Source: a virus
DNA: 64,000 nucleotides
Direction: 5' to 3' (one strand)
IMG/VR virus record: IMGVR_UViG_3300042698_000029
Location: 89,127 to 153,126 of that record
Shown here: in pieces, positions 18,367 to 27,326 of the stretch
Layout: every line of letters begins with the position of its first letter
How positions within the stretch are numbered: the stretch's first letter is position 1
Notes under the pieces: generated by a model
Told to the model about the DNA's origin: nothing
What the model saw: the letters and a program-made list of their open reading frames with translations, nothing else
Database searches by the model: none
Made by a program: the position numbers and the translations under genes

Positions 18367-18900
18367 TCAGTACGGCGTAGGGGCCGCGTCGAAAGACCCG
18401 TAGCGGCGGGTGGCGTACAGGGCTCCGGCGCACAGGTTCGCCACCGGGTCGTAGCCGTCGTTGCTGGTGCCGTCGCAGTGGTTGGCCTTGAAGGTGGGTC
18501 CTATGACCTGGACCAGGCCCTTCGAGGGGACCCCGTTGATGGCGTTGATGTCGTCGGGGTTGCAGATGTATGGGTTGCCCCCCGACTCGTCCTTGATGTG
18601 CCGCCAGTAGCCCGCCCGGGTGGCCTTCACACCGTGCTTCTCACCTGCCGCCATGGCTTCGGTGATCCACAGGTTGATCTGCTCGTCGGAGGCCACCTGG
18701 CCGTTCTTGCGGGAGCACGTGGCAGGCGACTTCCACTCTCCCCAAGCGCCTGTGGTCGACTGCGGAACGTTTCCGCTGTACCCCGAGGCGTCGGAGTCGG
18801 AGGAGTAGTTCGGGACCAGAGGCGGTGCGAAAGCGACCGTGGCCCCGATGACGACCCAGCTGCCCCCGAACATCAGGGCGGCCTTCACTCGACGGTCCAT
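18367..18900 (-). CDS. secreted SLT-type lytic transglycosylase
   Basis: Signal peptide, ESGGNP, DINA..G.PSKGLVQVI.PTF and DPVANL.AG..Y...RYG motifs. Confidence 0.9.
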   Translation of the reverse strand: MDRRVKAALMFGGSWVVIGATVAFAPPLVPNYSSDSDASGYSGNVPQSTTGAWGEWKSPATCSRKNGQVASDEQINLWITEAMAAGEKHGVKATRAGYWRHIKDESGGNPYICNPDDINAINGVPSKGLVQVIGPTFKANHCDGTSNDGYDPVANLCAGALYATRRYGSFDAAPTPY

Positions 18901-19186
18901 GGCTCCTCCTTATCGGGAAAGTCTGTCTGGATAAGAGTGTGGCCCCCGACATCGCCGGGGGCCAGCTTTGGAGCATGTGAGTCGCGTCTCAGTCCTTCGG
19001 CAGGTCGTCGTGCGACCCCTTCCGCTGGTGGACCATCTTGTCGGAGAGCGACTTCTTGTCGTCGTCTCCCTTGTCGTCCTTCTTGCCCTTCCAGTCCTTG
19101 CCCACGGTGGACACCTCCCTTTCCTTCGCAACGATCCTGCGGGGAAAGGACGGCCAAATCCACAGAGGAAGGCTGTGATTTGTGTC

Positions 19187-19684
19187 TCAGAGTTCTGCGG
19201 GAAGGGCCATGTGGCGACGGGCGTACATGATGCGCCTCACCCGGGGCTTCTGCGGCACCACGGGGATCTGCGCCGTCGGGGGGTGCTGCGGCATCGGAGG
19301 AACCGGCGGAACTTCCGCTTCCTCCTCCGTGGTCGGCTGGTCAGGGAACAGGATCTCCACCACGGTCAGCAGGCGGGTGTCCGGCTCGATGAACGTAACC
19401 CACGCAACCGCGCAGACGGGCCCGATCGCGTACCGGCGGCGGCAGGAGATGCCTTCCTCGGCTTCACCCGTTTCCCGGGGGTCCGCCCGCTGGCAGATCC
19501 TCTCCAGCTCCCCCTCTACTTGAGAGAGGAGATCGAACGGAAGAGCTCCGAGCTGAGCCTGGGCGGAGTCCGTGTACCGGAGCGTGAACTCCTCGAAGGT
19601 TCGGATCTTCTTCAAAATTCGCCCACGTTCCCGCAGAGTGGGCAGTAGTACTTCCTGTTGACTCCATCTACGAGGTTCCTGCAC
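19187..19684 (-). CDS. hypothetical protein with a RelE-like core
   Basis: FTLRYTDSAQAQL..LP......E...I...DP ... LLTVVEI pattern. Confidence 0.4.
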   Translation of the reverse strand: MQEPRRWSQQEVLLPTLRERGRILKKIRTFEEFTLRYTDSAQAQLGALPFDLLSQVEGELERICQRADPRETGEAEEGISCRRRYAIGPVCAVAWVTFIEPDTRLLTVVEILFPDQPTTEEEAEVPPVPPMPQHPPTAQIPVVPQKPRVRRIMYARRHMALPAEL

Positions 19685-19747
19685 CTGTCACACGTTCCTC
19701 TCGTGATCTCCCCCATCATGACCAGCGAAGTTTCCACTGTTTTCTGA

Positions 19748-20185
19748 TCATTTTCCATAGTGGCCTCCCCTGTAGTGCTTAACGGCTTTCCGCGTGAGCA
19801 GGTCCTCCACAGCCAGGAGAGTCAACGGCAGAACGGTCCCGTCGGCAAGGAACTGTCCACCCAGGACAAGCTCCCCCACCGACCCCTCACGATCCGGGAA
19901 CGCGTTGGTGGTGACGTCCGTAACGTGCATCACCGTGCCCGGCTCCATCCGCAGCCCCGTCTCCCGCTGCGGAAAGGGCCGGTCAGGGGGCCACAGGATG
20001 TCAGCGTGTACTTCACGGTCCTCATCGGCGAGGAACACCAAGTGCATGGTGTGATGAGAGATTGTCTGAGGATCCACGTCTTCTCCCTCGGTCGAGCCGT
20101 TAAGCAGGGCAGCGTAGCCGAAACAAGAGGGTGTGAAGGACGCTTCGGTGCGGATAACGGTTGGGTCAAACCGTTCATCGAACAC
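19748..20185 (-). CDS. hypothetical protein (145 aa)
   Basis: ORF with coding-like composition. Confidence 0.5.
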   Translation of the reverse strand: MFDERFDPTVIRTEASFTPSCFGYAALLNGSTEGEDVDPQTISHHTMHLVFLADEDREVHADILWPPDRPFPQRETGLRMEPGTVMHVTDVTTNAFPDREGSVGELVLGGQFLADGTVLPLTLLAVEDLLTRKAVKHYRGGHYGK

Positions 20186-20253
20186 TCACCAGAGATTTGT
20201 CCCAAAACGGTACTCTTGGGTAGATAACCCTCCCGCAGCAGAGGAAGTACTTC

Positions 20254-20508
20254 ATGGCACTCACCCCGCGTCTTCGCGCCATCGCCGAGGACGGTTGTTC
20301 GGAGCTCATCAAGATCGACCAGGACGGCGGAGTCCTGAAGCTGGACATGGACGGTGTGCTGGTCGAGCTGCCCAACGGCTACGTCAGCACCGAGGTCTAC
20401 GACGACCGCGTCTACGTCTCCGTGTCCGCCTGGTACTGCGCGGACCGCGTCGAGCTCACCGGCACCCCCTCGGAGCCGCCGGAGGAGGAGGAAGACCCGG
20501 AGGACTGA
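20254..20508 (+). CDS. acidic hypothetical protein (84 aa)
   Basis: GAGGA RBS, strong GC3 bias. Confidence 0.6.
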   Translation: MALTPRLRAIAEDGCSELIKIDQDGGVLKLDMDGVLVELPNGYVSTEVYDDRVYVSVSAWYCADRVELTGTPSEPPEEEEDPED

Positions 20509-20602
20509 TCCCCTGTCGGAGGCAGGTCTCCGGACGCTGCACTGTGCCCACAGTCGACGCGCGTCCGGAGACTTGCGGGAGCCTAGCTCCGTTCTCCGGT
20601 GG

Positions 20603-21211
20603 TTACGCGGAGGCGCGCACGATGCCGTCCACCTTGCGGCGGATCTCATCCATGGACAACGGGTACGGGTCGATCTTCCCCAGCTGCCACTCGGAGTGGC
20701 CGATCACCGAAGTCGACCCGTTGCGGCCCCAGTTGTGCGCCTTGATCAGAGCAGCCGAAGCCAGCACCACCGCCCGTACCTGTTCGTCGGGCCACGGGTC
20801 GTCGCCATCGCCGAGGTTCACGCACTCGAAGCCGTAGAAGTGACGGTTGCCATCGACGGTGACTGCTTTCTTCTTGGGGAGGGACGTTTCTGCGATGACC
20901 GCTTTCAGGACGTCCGGGTCACCCAGACCCGCATGGTTGCAGCGGCCCCACCCGGTGAGGTAAACCGTGCCGTCCTTCGCGATCAGGCCCTGGGACAAAG
21001 GCCCCGGCAGATCCGGACGACCCCGGATGATTGTTTCCAGAGTGCCCTTGAGGCCTCGCGTCACGGTGTGGTGGATCATCACCCCGTGGACGGGACCCCA
21101 GGGGCCCTTGTGGTTCCTGTTCCTTGTCTTCCAGCCGCTCGTCTCGACCACACGCAGTCCGGTCTGACGCAGGGCTTTCAGCGCGATATCAGCGCTCAGA
21201 GGATTCGCCAT
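20603..21211 (-). CDS. N-acetylmuramoyl-L-alanine amidase (Amidase_2, endolysin-like), catalytic domain only
   Basis: GW.TR.R, VMIHHT, GRPDLPGPL, NHAG, GFEC.N and GHSEW..GKIDP motifs. Confidence 0.9.
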   Translation of the reverse strand: MANPLSADIALKALRQTGLRVVETSGWKTRNRNHKGPWGPVHGVMIHHTVTRGLKGTLETIIRGRPDLPGPLSQGLIAKDGTVYLTGWGRCNHAGLGDPDVLKAVIAETSLPKKKAVTVDGNRHFYGFECVNLGDGDDPWPDEQVRAVVLASAALIKAHNWGRNGSTSVIGHSEWQLGKIDPYPLSMDEIRRKVDGIVRASA

Positions 21212-21300
21212 GCAGGCTGTTCTACCCCAATATCGGGCGTTTCGTCGCTTTGCCCCCAAAAACCAAGGGAGGGCCCGGATCCCTCCAGGCCCTCCCCTCG

Positions 21301-21576
21301 TCAGACCGGCTGTACGGCCTGCTCCCAGCTCGTGGGAAGCAGCTCGGGCTTCGGAGGGACCTTGTTCATGGCGTCCAGCAAGAGGACCGCTTGAGGCTTG
21401 GAGGAGACTTCCAGAGCCTTCGCCCAGGCCCGGTCGAGCTCGACGTCACTCTGGCCGCCCCGGGCCCGTGAGATGGTGAGCATCATCTCCGTCCCCCACT
21501 CGACGGCTGCGGTGGGTACGCCCGGGGCGAGGCTGCGGACCATCCGCTCGGCCTCGTTCTTCGTCATGCGGGTCAT
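21301..21576 (-). CDS. hypothetical protein
   Basis: GAAAGG RBS before MTRMTK. Confidence 0.55.
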   Translation of the reverse strand: MTRMTKNEAERMVRSLAPGVPTAAVEWGTEMMLTISRARGGQSDVELDRAWAKALEVSSKPQAVLLLDAMNKVPPKPELLPTSWEQAVQPV

Positions 21577-21657
21577 GAGGTGTACCTTTCTTCTGGCGTA
21601 GCAGAGCGCGGCGAAGGGGCCCGTGGTGAGCATCGGGCCCCTTCGGCGTGGGGGAGA

Positions 21658-22071
21658 TCAGACCTTCTTGGCGATGACCCACGTGACGTCGGCGGTCTGT
21701 TCGGTCACTTCGTCGTCCGAGACCTGCACGCGAGTGGGGAACACATGCATCCCCGGCTCGGGGAAAGTGATGAACTCCCCTTCGAAGACGTGGTCCCCGT
21801 GGGCCTCGATGATCTCTCGCATGTTGGCCGCGAGGTAGCCGGACGCACCGTGCCCGTTACGAACCGGGACGATAGAGGAACAGGTCTTCACTGTCTTCTC
21901 CCCTTCGTCCGTCTCGCTCGTGACCACCGTGATGTTGAAGACCAGGGACTGGCCGGACTTCCGTCCGCTTTCCCGGGTGTTCTCGGTGAGGAAGTCCGAG
22001 TGCTTGATCTCATTCCACTTCAGTGGAGGGTAGACCCTGACCTCACCGGTGGTCCTGGAGTCGTCACTCAC
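21658..22071 (-). CDS. hypothetical phage-type protein (137 aa)
   Basis: RBS plus upstream CTTATC promoter motif. Confidence 0.6.
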   Translation of the reverse strand: MSDDSRTTGEVRVYPPLKWNEIKHSDFLTENTRESGRKSGQSLVFNITVVTSETDEGEKTVKTCSSIVPVRNGHGASGYLAANMREIIEAHGDHVFEGEFITFPEPGMHVFPTRVQVSDDEVTEQTADVTWVIAKKV

Positions 22072-22232
22072 TTTGCCGCCCTTCTCGGTAATTGCCGTTC
22101 TGATAAGAAGATACCCCCGGCCGGAACCGGGGGTAAGGGTGGTGCAGGGTGACCTCGGTCACTGGGGGCTGCCCAGCTTTCGCTCCAGGCGCGCGAGGAT
22201 CGGATCCAGCGTCCGGTAGATCTCTTCGTCGC

Positions 22233-22478
22233 TCATGTCCGCTCCTTGTAGAAAGACGGGGGCTTCTTCGCAGCCGTTTCTGCCGCGCGGATTACCTGGT
22301 CCATGCGGTCGCGGCGGGTGGACCAGTAGGGGACTACGTCGTCCGGTTCGAACAGTTCGGCGAAGTATCCGACGGTCCCTTCCTGGGTGAAGATGCGCGC
22401 GATGGCCCCGTTGTCCATGAACTTGGGGATCCGGACGCCGAACGCCGTATCAATGTAAGTCCGCTTGATCTCCGCCAT
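22233..22478 (-). CDS. hypothetical protein (81 aa)
   Basis: GAGGAG RBS. Confidence 0.6.
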   Translation of the reverse strand: MAEIKRTYIDTAFGVRIPKFMDNGAIARIFTQEGTVGYFAELFEPDDVVPYWSTRRDRMDQVIRAAETAAKKPPSFYKERT

Positions 22479-22810
22479 TACGTTCTCCTCTACTGCTGCG
22501 GCTGCTTCTGGGCAGCCAGCATCGCGGCTGCGGCCTGCACCTGAGCCTGGCGAACCAGGATGTCGGCCGCATTGGGGTCGCTGACCTGGACGGGGGACGA
22601 CTGCGGCTGCTGCTCGGACATGGGGAACACTCCTTGGGCTCGTATGGGGTGGCTTCCAGCTGATACGAGTCTGGCCCCTGTCGGGGACAGGGGCCAGATC
22701 AGGAGGGTGTGAGGCTAGTCACTCAGTAGCCGGACACGTCGGTCGGAATCCATCAGAGGCCGCCATCCCCCGCGACCGGGTCGGGACAGCAGGAAGCGGC
22801 TTCCTCTCGG

Positions 22811-23164
22811 TCATGGTTGCTCTTTCCGGATCAGTTCGAGGACCTTCTCCTGCGTCTCCAGGGTCAGCTCGTGGTTGATCCTCAAGTCGATACCGACTTC
22901 CCGCAGACCGGCGATCACGTCACCCCGGCGCTTGTTGACGGCGTACTGTTCCATGGAGAAAACCCGCAGGTTGCCCTCGTACCGGTACCTGCCCGTCCTC
23001 ATCGAGAACTCGTCCACGCGGGTGGACCCCACCCACTGAGCGGTGATGTACTCGCGGCCTCGTCTGATGACCGTCGCCTCCACCGTCTGGGTGTGGGTCT
23101 CCACCATGACGGGGTCCCCCACCTTCAGGTGGAAGAGGTCGCCGCGCGCTTCGTGCAGCAGCAT
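22811..23164 (-). CDS. hypothetical protein, SH3/beta-barrel-like
   Basis: LKVGDPVMV...ATVIRRGREYITA pattern, RBS. Confidence 0.6.
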   Translation of the reverse strand: MLLHEARGDLFHLKVGDPVMVETHTQTVEATVIRRGREYITAQWVGSTRVDEFSMRTGRYRYEGNLRVFSMEQYAVNKRRGDVIAGLREVGIDLRINHELTLETQEKVLELIRKEQP

Positions 23165-23166
23165 GG

Positions 23167-23634
23167 TCAGCTCTTCTCCGTCAGAGTCCAGTACATGGTC
23201 CCGCCGTCGCCGGAGACCATCTGGAAGTCGGGCAGGCTCAGGGCGGCGTCCACGGCGGGGAAGAGGTGTTCCTCGTCAGCGTAGGCCCGGAGCATCTGAA
23301 AGGACATCCTCTTCTTGCCCTCCAGGTCTTCCGCGAGCTCGTCGTCCATGATCAGGCCGATCAGGTAGGCCCGGACCCTCTGGATCTCGTTCCAGTTGGT
23401 GGCTTGGACCTCGTTCCAGAGGGCTGCCGTGTTCTGTCCGGGGCTGGCGAGGGCTCCCCAGAAGTCCTCGGCCGGGGTCGGCTTGCGCAGCCGGGGGGTG
23501 ACGGGAGTGGCGAACCAGGGAACGCCGTCCTCGAAGTAGGCGACCGGGTAGACGACGCTGTCCCAGTCCTCCAGGGTGGTGAGGTTCTTCTTGGTGACGA
23601 ACATCCAGCCGGAGCCAGGCATGGGGTGGGACAT
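23167..23634 (-). CDS. hypothetical protein (155 aa)
   Basis: GAGGAG RBS, tight operon packing. Confidence 0.6.
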   Translation of the reverse strand: MSHPMPGSGWMFVTKKNLTTLEDWDSVVYPVAYFEDGVPWFATPVTPRLRKPTPAEDFWGALASPGQNTAALWNEVQATNWNEIQRVRAYLIGLIMDDELAEDLEGKKRMSFQMLRAYADEEHLFPAVDAALSLPDFQMVSGDGGTMYWTLTEKS

Positions 23635-23636
23635 GG

Positions 23637-23864
23637 TCAGTTCTCCTCGAAATCGGTCTGTACGAAGGCGGTCTGAGCGGCGAGGTTCAGGGGCAGCTCC
23701 TTGGGCATCTCCCAGTCGGCCACCGGCTCGCCCTCTTCGGCGAGGCCCGGGTAAACGAGGACCTCGACGTACATGTAGCCCTTCTTGGTGCCCGGCTTGA
23801 AGACCTTCCTCCGGGTCCTTGCCACCACCATGTGGCCCTTGATGACTTCCTTGTGAACGGCCAT
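23637..23864 (-). CDS. hypothetical protein (75 aa)
   Basis: Tight operon packing, upstream CTTATC motif. Confidence 0.6.
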   Translation of the reverse strand: MAVHKEVIKGHMVVARTRRKVFKPGTKKGYMYVEVLVYPGLAEEGEPVADWEMPKELPLNLAAQTAFVQTDFEEN

Positions 23865-23963
23865 CTTTCCCCCATCATCTTGCTTCGTTCTGATAAGAAC
23901 CGTACCCCCTGACCTCGGCGGGAGGCAGGGGGTACGTAGGTGAGGTCCGTCACTTCAGGTTCG

Positions 23964-24389
23964 TCAGGTTGCGTCCCACACAGCCTGACCTCGGGTGCGG
24001 TACGGCTCGATGTCGAGCGCGCGGTCGAACTCAGCCTTGCGGCCTCGGGTGTTCACGGTCTTGACCGCCTTGAGAGCCGCGTCGCGTTCCCGGGCACGCG
24101 CGGCACCCTGGAATTCCTTGGCTGTAGCCCGGATGCCCTTGATGGACCGCGCGAGGCCCCGACCGTAGGTGTAGGTCATCTTCTCGCGGATCACGCGTTC
24201 TGCGCGCGGGCGCCTTCCCTCAGTCTCAGCCCGGCGCAGTTCACCGTTCTCGTAGCGCAGGCCGTACAGGGTGTGCCATTCCACGGCTCCACGCTTGCGG
24301 CGCCAGGGACGCTGGTGGCTATCGGCGCTGATGTAGTGGACGTAGCCGTCGGTCTTCTTGTAGGGCCGGTGGCCCAGGGAGCGGGACAT
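23964..24389 (-). CDS. highly basic hypothetical protein preceded by a uORF
   Basis: MSRSLGHRPYKK start with GGAGG RBS, Arg/Lys-rich. Confidence 0.65.
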   Translation of the reverse strand: MSRSLGHRPYKKTDGYVHYISADSHQRPWRRKRGAVEWHTLYGLRYENGELRRAETEGRRPRAERVIREKMTYTYGRGLARSIKGIRATAKEFQGAARARERDAALKAVKTVNTRGRKAEFDRALDIEPYRTRGQAVWDAT

Positions 24390-24397
24390 GGTGTCCT

Positions 24398-24450
24398 CCG
24401 TAGGTAGGTACCTACGGCTCTCCACTGGTGTGCATGGCCTTCACCTCCTT
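24398..24450 (-). promoter_or_regulatory. uORF MHTSGEP* (24412-24435) with a hairpin overlapping the downstream RBS (candidate translational attenuator)
   Basis: AAGGAGGTG RBS. CCGTAGGT..ACCTACGG hairpin spans the uORF stop and the start of the next GGAGG. Confidence 0.55.
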
Positions 24451-24480
24451 CCCTCGCGAGCCAGATGGGAGACTACCGGG

Positions 24481-24789
24481 TTACTTCTCGTCGCTCCACG
24501 GACCGGCCATGGGGATCTCCGGGTGCGGGGAGAAAGGCTCGTCGCGCAGCTGGAACCACGCCTGGAGGGTGGTGCCGTTGCTGCGCCGGGTACGGATGGT
24601 GAACTCGTCCACGCTCACAGTCCCGTCGGCCTTTTCCCACATGATCTGGGCCTCGATGGAGTTCTTCTCCATGACCTCACCGGGAGAGCCTCCGGTACCG
24701 TCCCCCTTCCAGTTCTCCACGGTGTAGACCGTCACCTTGGTACCGGATTCGATGCGGCGCTTAGGCTTGTTCTTTCCGAAAAGCTTCAC
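24481..24789 (-). CDS. hypothetical protein (102 aa)
   Basis: AGGAG RBS. Confidence 0.55.
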   Translation of the reverse strand: MKLFGKNKPKRRIESGTKVTVYTVENWKGDGTGGSPGEVMEKNSIEAQIMWEKADGTVSVDEFTIRTRRSNGTTLQAWFQLRDEPFSPHPEIPMAGPWSDEK

Positions 24790-24881
24790 AACAACTCCTG
24801 TTAGAAGAAGGGTAGTTGGACAAGAAAAAGGCTACCTCCGCCCCACTAGCGGAGGTAGCCCAAACGACCGTGACGCTCGTC

Positions 24882-25097
24882 TCAGCCGGTGGAGACGCGG
24901 ATGTCGCAGACGTGTATCTCCCCCTCCTCGACCTGGAACCAGATCTGCACCGGTCCTGCCTGGTCGCGCAGGTACCCGACCCGGTGGGGTTCGGGGAGCT
25001 GGACTGCCCTCTCCCACGCGCGCACCTCTTCTTCATGGGCCGGTATGAGTCTTTCCCGGTCGGCTTCCGCCGCCGGGTGGTAGACGATCTTGAGCAT
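24882..25097 (-). CDS. small RelE-like protein
   Basis: MLKIVYHPAAEADRERL...VQIWFQVEEGEIHVCDIR pattern, AAGGAG RBS. Confidence 0.45.
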   Translation of the reverse strand: MLKIVYHPAAEADRERLIPAHEEEVRAWERAVQLPEPHRVGYLRDQAGPVQIWFQVEEGEIHVCDIRVSTG

Positions 25098-25115
25098 AGT
25101 GATCTCCTTGTTGTT

Positions 25116-25625
25116 TCAGGCTTCTTCCAGAGGCCTGGCTTCTCTTCCGTGGCGGAACCCGGCCCGGCTGGCGATGCCGCTGAACTCGAACCGCTTGCCA
25201 AGGCATCCGGTGTCCAGGACCCCGAGGACCATGGTGGCGGGCACCTGGTCGCCCTCGGAGGTGACGATCTGCAACCAGTCTTTTTCCTCCCCCGACTGGT
25301 ACTTCACGACCGTTCCCTCCGTCTTCCAGGGGCCGGGCTGGGCGGGGTGTTCGTTGCGTACTCGATACAGACGCGTGACCTTGGTCACTCGATTGGCAAA
25401 GAACACGCCGTTCTTGGTCTTGCCAGAGATCGTCACCTGCGTCCCTTCGGACACATGCTCCAGCCCAGTGCACCGGGGTCCGATGCCCTCCGGATGGAAG
25501 CCGATGACCTTGATGCTGCCCTTGTTCACCCCCTTGTTCAAGGTGAACCAGGCAAATCTCCGCCCCGAGGTTGCGGTCTTCTCCCCGTGCTGGAGGATCA
25601 CACCGGTGAGCTCTTCCTTCTGCAC
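25116..25625 (-). CDS. hypothetical protein, possibly tandem OB folds
   Basis: Beta-rich, EGTQVTISGK pattern. Confidence 0.45.
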   Translation of the reverse strand: MQKEELTGVILQHGEKTATSGRRFAWFTLNKGVNKGSIKVIGFHPEGIGPRCTGLEHVSEGTQVTISGKTKNGVFFANRVTKVTRLYRVRNEHPAQPGPWKTEGTVVKYQSGEEKDWLQIVTSEGDQVPATMVLGVLDTGCLGKRFEFSGIASRAGFRHGREARPLEEA

Positions 25626-25724
25626 AGTCCTATCCTAATCCTTGACGTGTATCGGATAAGGGAGATTGAATGAGACGAAGCCCCCGGTGCTCAGGTCCGG
25701 GGGCTTCGTAGGTGTCAGGCCTTT

Positions 25725-26069
25725 TCAATCATCCGTCTTCTCTCCCTCCTCTTGCGGACCGGCACGGCGGCCGAGCTCCTTCAGAAAGATCAGCAACCCC
25801 TCCAGACGTTCGGCCTGTTCCACGGTGAGACCCTTGTCGAAGGCCGCCTCGAAGTAGGCCAGACGCCCGGCCGTCTCTAGTACACGCCGCAGGGCGCGCA
25901 CTGCGGGGTCCGTGCCGGTGCGGAGCATCACCATGGCTGTCCTCGTCGGATCCTCCGTGACCTTGTTCAGGTCCATGGGGAACTCTTCCAGCGCCGTCAG
26001 CGCGTCCGGCTTGATTCCACCGTGACCCGTGCCGCTCTTGCGGGGCTTGCTGACCTTCTCACGCCCCAT
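25725..26069 (-). CDS. hypothetical protein
   Basis: Coupled to the upstream gene (TGATG). Confidence 0.55.
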   Translation of the reverse strand: MGREKVSKPRKSGTGHGGIKPDALTALEEFPMDLNKVTEDPTRTAMVMLRTGTDPAVRALRRVLETAGRLAYFEAAFDKGLTVEQAERLEGLLIFLKELGRRAGPQEEGEKTDD

Positions 26070-26368
26070 CACAGCCCCCTGGTGACGCGTCCCCACGCCT
26101 CATCGCCGTGGACCTTGCGGCCGATGTAGTCGGCGTACGCGACGGCCATGTCCTCTGCGTCCTCCTTCGCGCCCTCGACGTCCGCACACATTGCGCCGCA
26201 CGTCGGAATGTCGGGGGCCGCGCCGAAGAGCTCCGACCGGAAGTAGTATCCCGATTCTGCGTCAGGGCCCTTTCCCCGGGAACTCTCCCAGTTGATCGCG
26301 CCGACAGGGATCTTCCCCAGGAACGCGTACTCGGTTCCGAACTTGCTCCGCTGCCAGGTAAGCGCCAT
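26069..26368 (-). CDS. hypothetical protein
   Basis: GGAGGAG RBS before MALTWQ, upstream CTTATC motif. Confidence 0.6.
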   Translation of the reverse strand: MALTWQRSKFGTEYAFLGKIPVGAINWESSRGKGPDAESGYYFRSELFGAAPDIPTCGAMCADVEGAKEDAEDMAVAYADYIGRKVHGDEAWGRVTRGL

Positions 26369-26465
26369 GGCTTGTCCCCTCTCCTCCTGTTGATAAGAGA
26401 AGTATGGCACCGGGCCGGGGGTGTCGGTGCAGTTCGTGACCGGGCTCACAGACCACCATGACGGC

Positions 26466-27326
26466 ATGAGAGAGATCGTCATCGTTCCTGCCTGGCGGCG
26501 CCCGGACTTCCTCACTGCGTGCCTGTCGCGGCTCGATCTGTCGGACGACGGGGAGAGACGGTATTTGATCTCCCTGGACCGCGACCACACGGCTCCCGTG
26601 AGAGAGGCGGCCGACAGCTTCCTGGGCATCCTCGGCACCGCGCGGGTGAGGATCGTCTCGCGGGAGCACAACTACGACGAGAGCAACAGCTACAACACTC
26701 TCAAGGCGTATGAGGACGCGGTGGAGTGGGGGGCTGATCTGGTCTACCTGGTGGAGGACGACGTCTTCACCGGCCTGGACTTCTTCACGGCCCACCAGCA
26801 GGCCCACGATCTGCTGCCCGACGTCTTTGCGGTGGGCGGCTGCAACTTCTTCCCCGGCGGGGACCCGGCGGCACTCAGCTTGCGCTACCCGTACCACTCT
26901 CTGGGGATCTCTTTCCGGCCAGATGTCCTGAAAAACTACGTTCTGCCCCACGCCACCGTTGCCTACTTCACGAACCGGTCCAGGTACTGCGAAGAACGCT
27001 TCGGCAGCAAGGGCCACTGGGACCAGGACGGGCTGATCGAAGCGGTCCGGCGGACCACCGGCCTGCCCTTCGCCGTGATGGATGCCCCGCGCGCCTACCA
27101 CGCCGGGTATACGGGGTACAGCCGGGTCGGTACTCACTTCCTCAAGCCCGAGGAGACCTGCCGCCACCACATCGTGGAGGCCGCCGCCAAACTCCTCCGC
27201 ATGACCTCCGACGAGCTCAATGAGCGAGCGCTGTTCGACAAGGATCATCAAACGGTTGAGTTGAACGCGCCGCGACCCCCTATCACCATGGTCCAGGACG
27301 GCCCTGTCGTTACACTCCGCCAGTGA
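26466..27326 (+). CDS. GT-A fold glycosyltransferase (paralog 1)
   Basis: IVIVPAWRRPDFL, LVEDDV, GISFR, QDG and RAYHAG motifs. Confidence 0.8.
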   Translation: MREIVIVPAWRRPDFLTACLSRLDLSDDGERRYLISLDRDHTAPVREAADSFLGILGTARVRIVSREHNYDESNSYNTLKAYEDAVEWGADLVYLVEDDVFTGLDFFTAHQQAHDLLPDVFAVGGCNFFPGGDPAALSLRYPYHSLGISFRPDVLKNYVLPHATVAYFTNRSRYCEERFGSKGHWDQDGLIEAVRRTTGLPFAVMDAPRAYHAGYTGYSRVGTHFLKPEETCRHHIVEAAAKLLRMTSDELNERALFDKDHQTVELNAPRPPITMVQDGPVVTLRQ

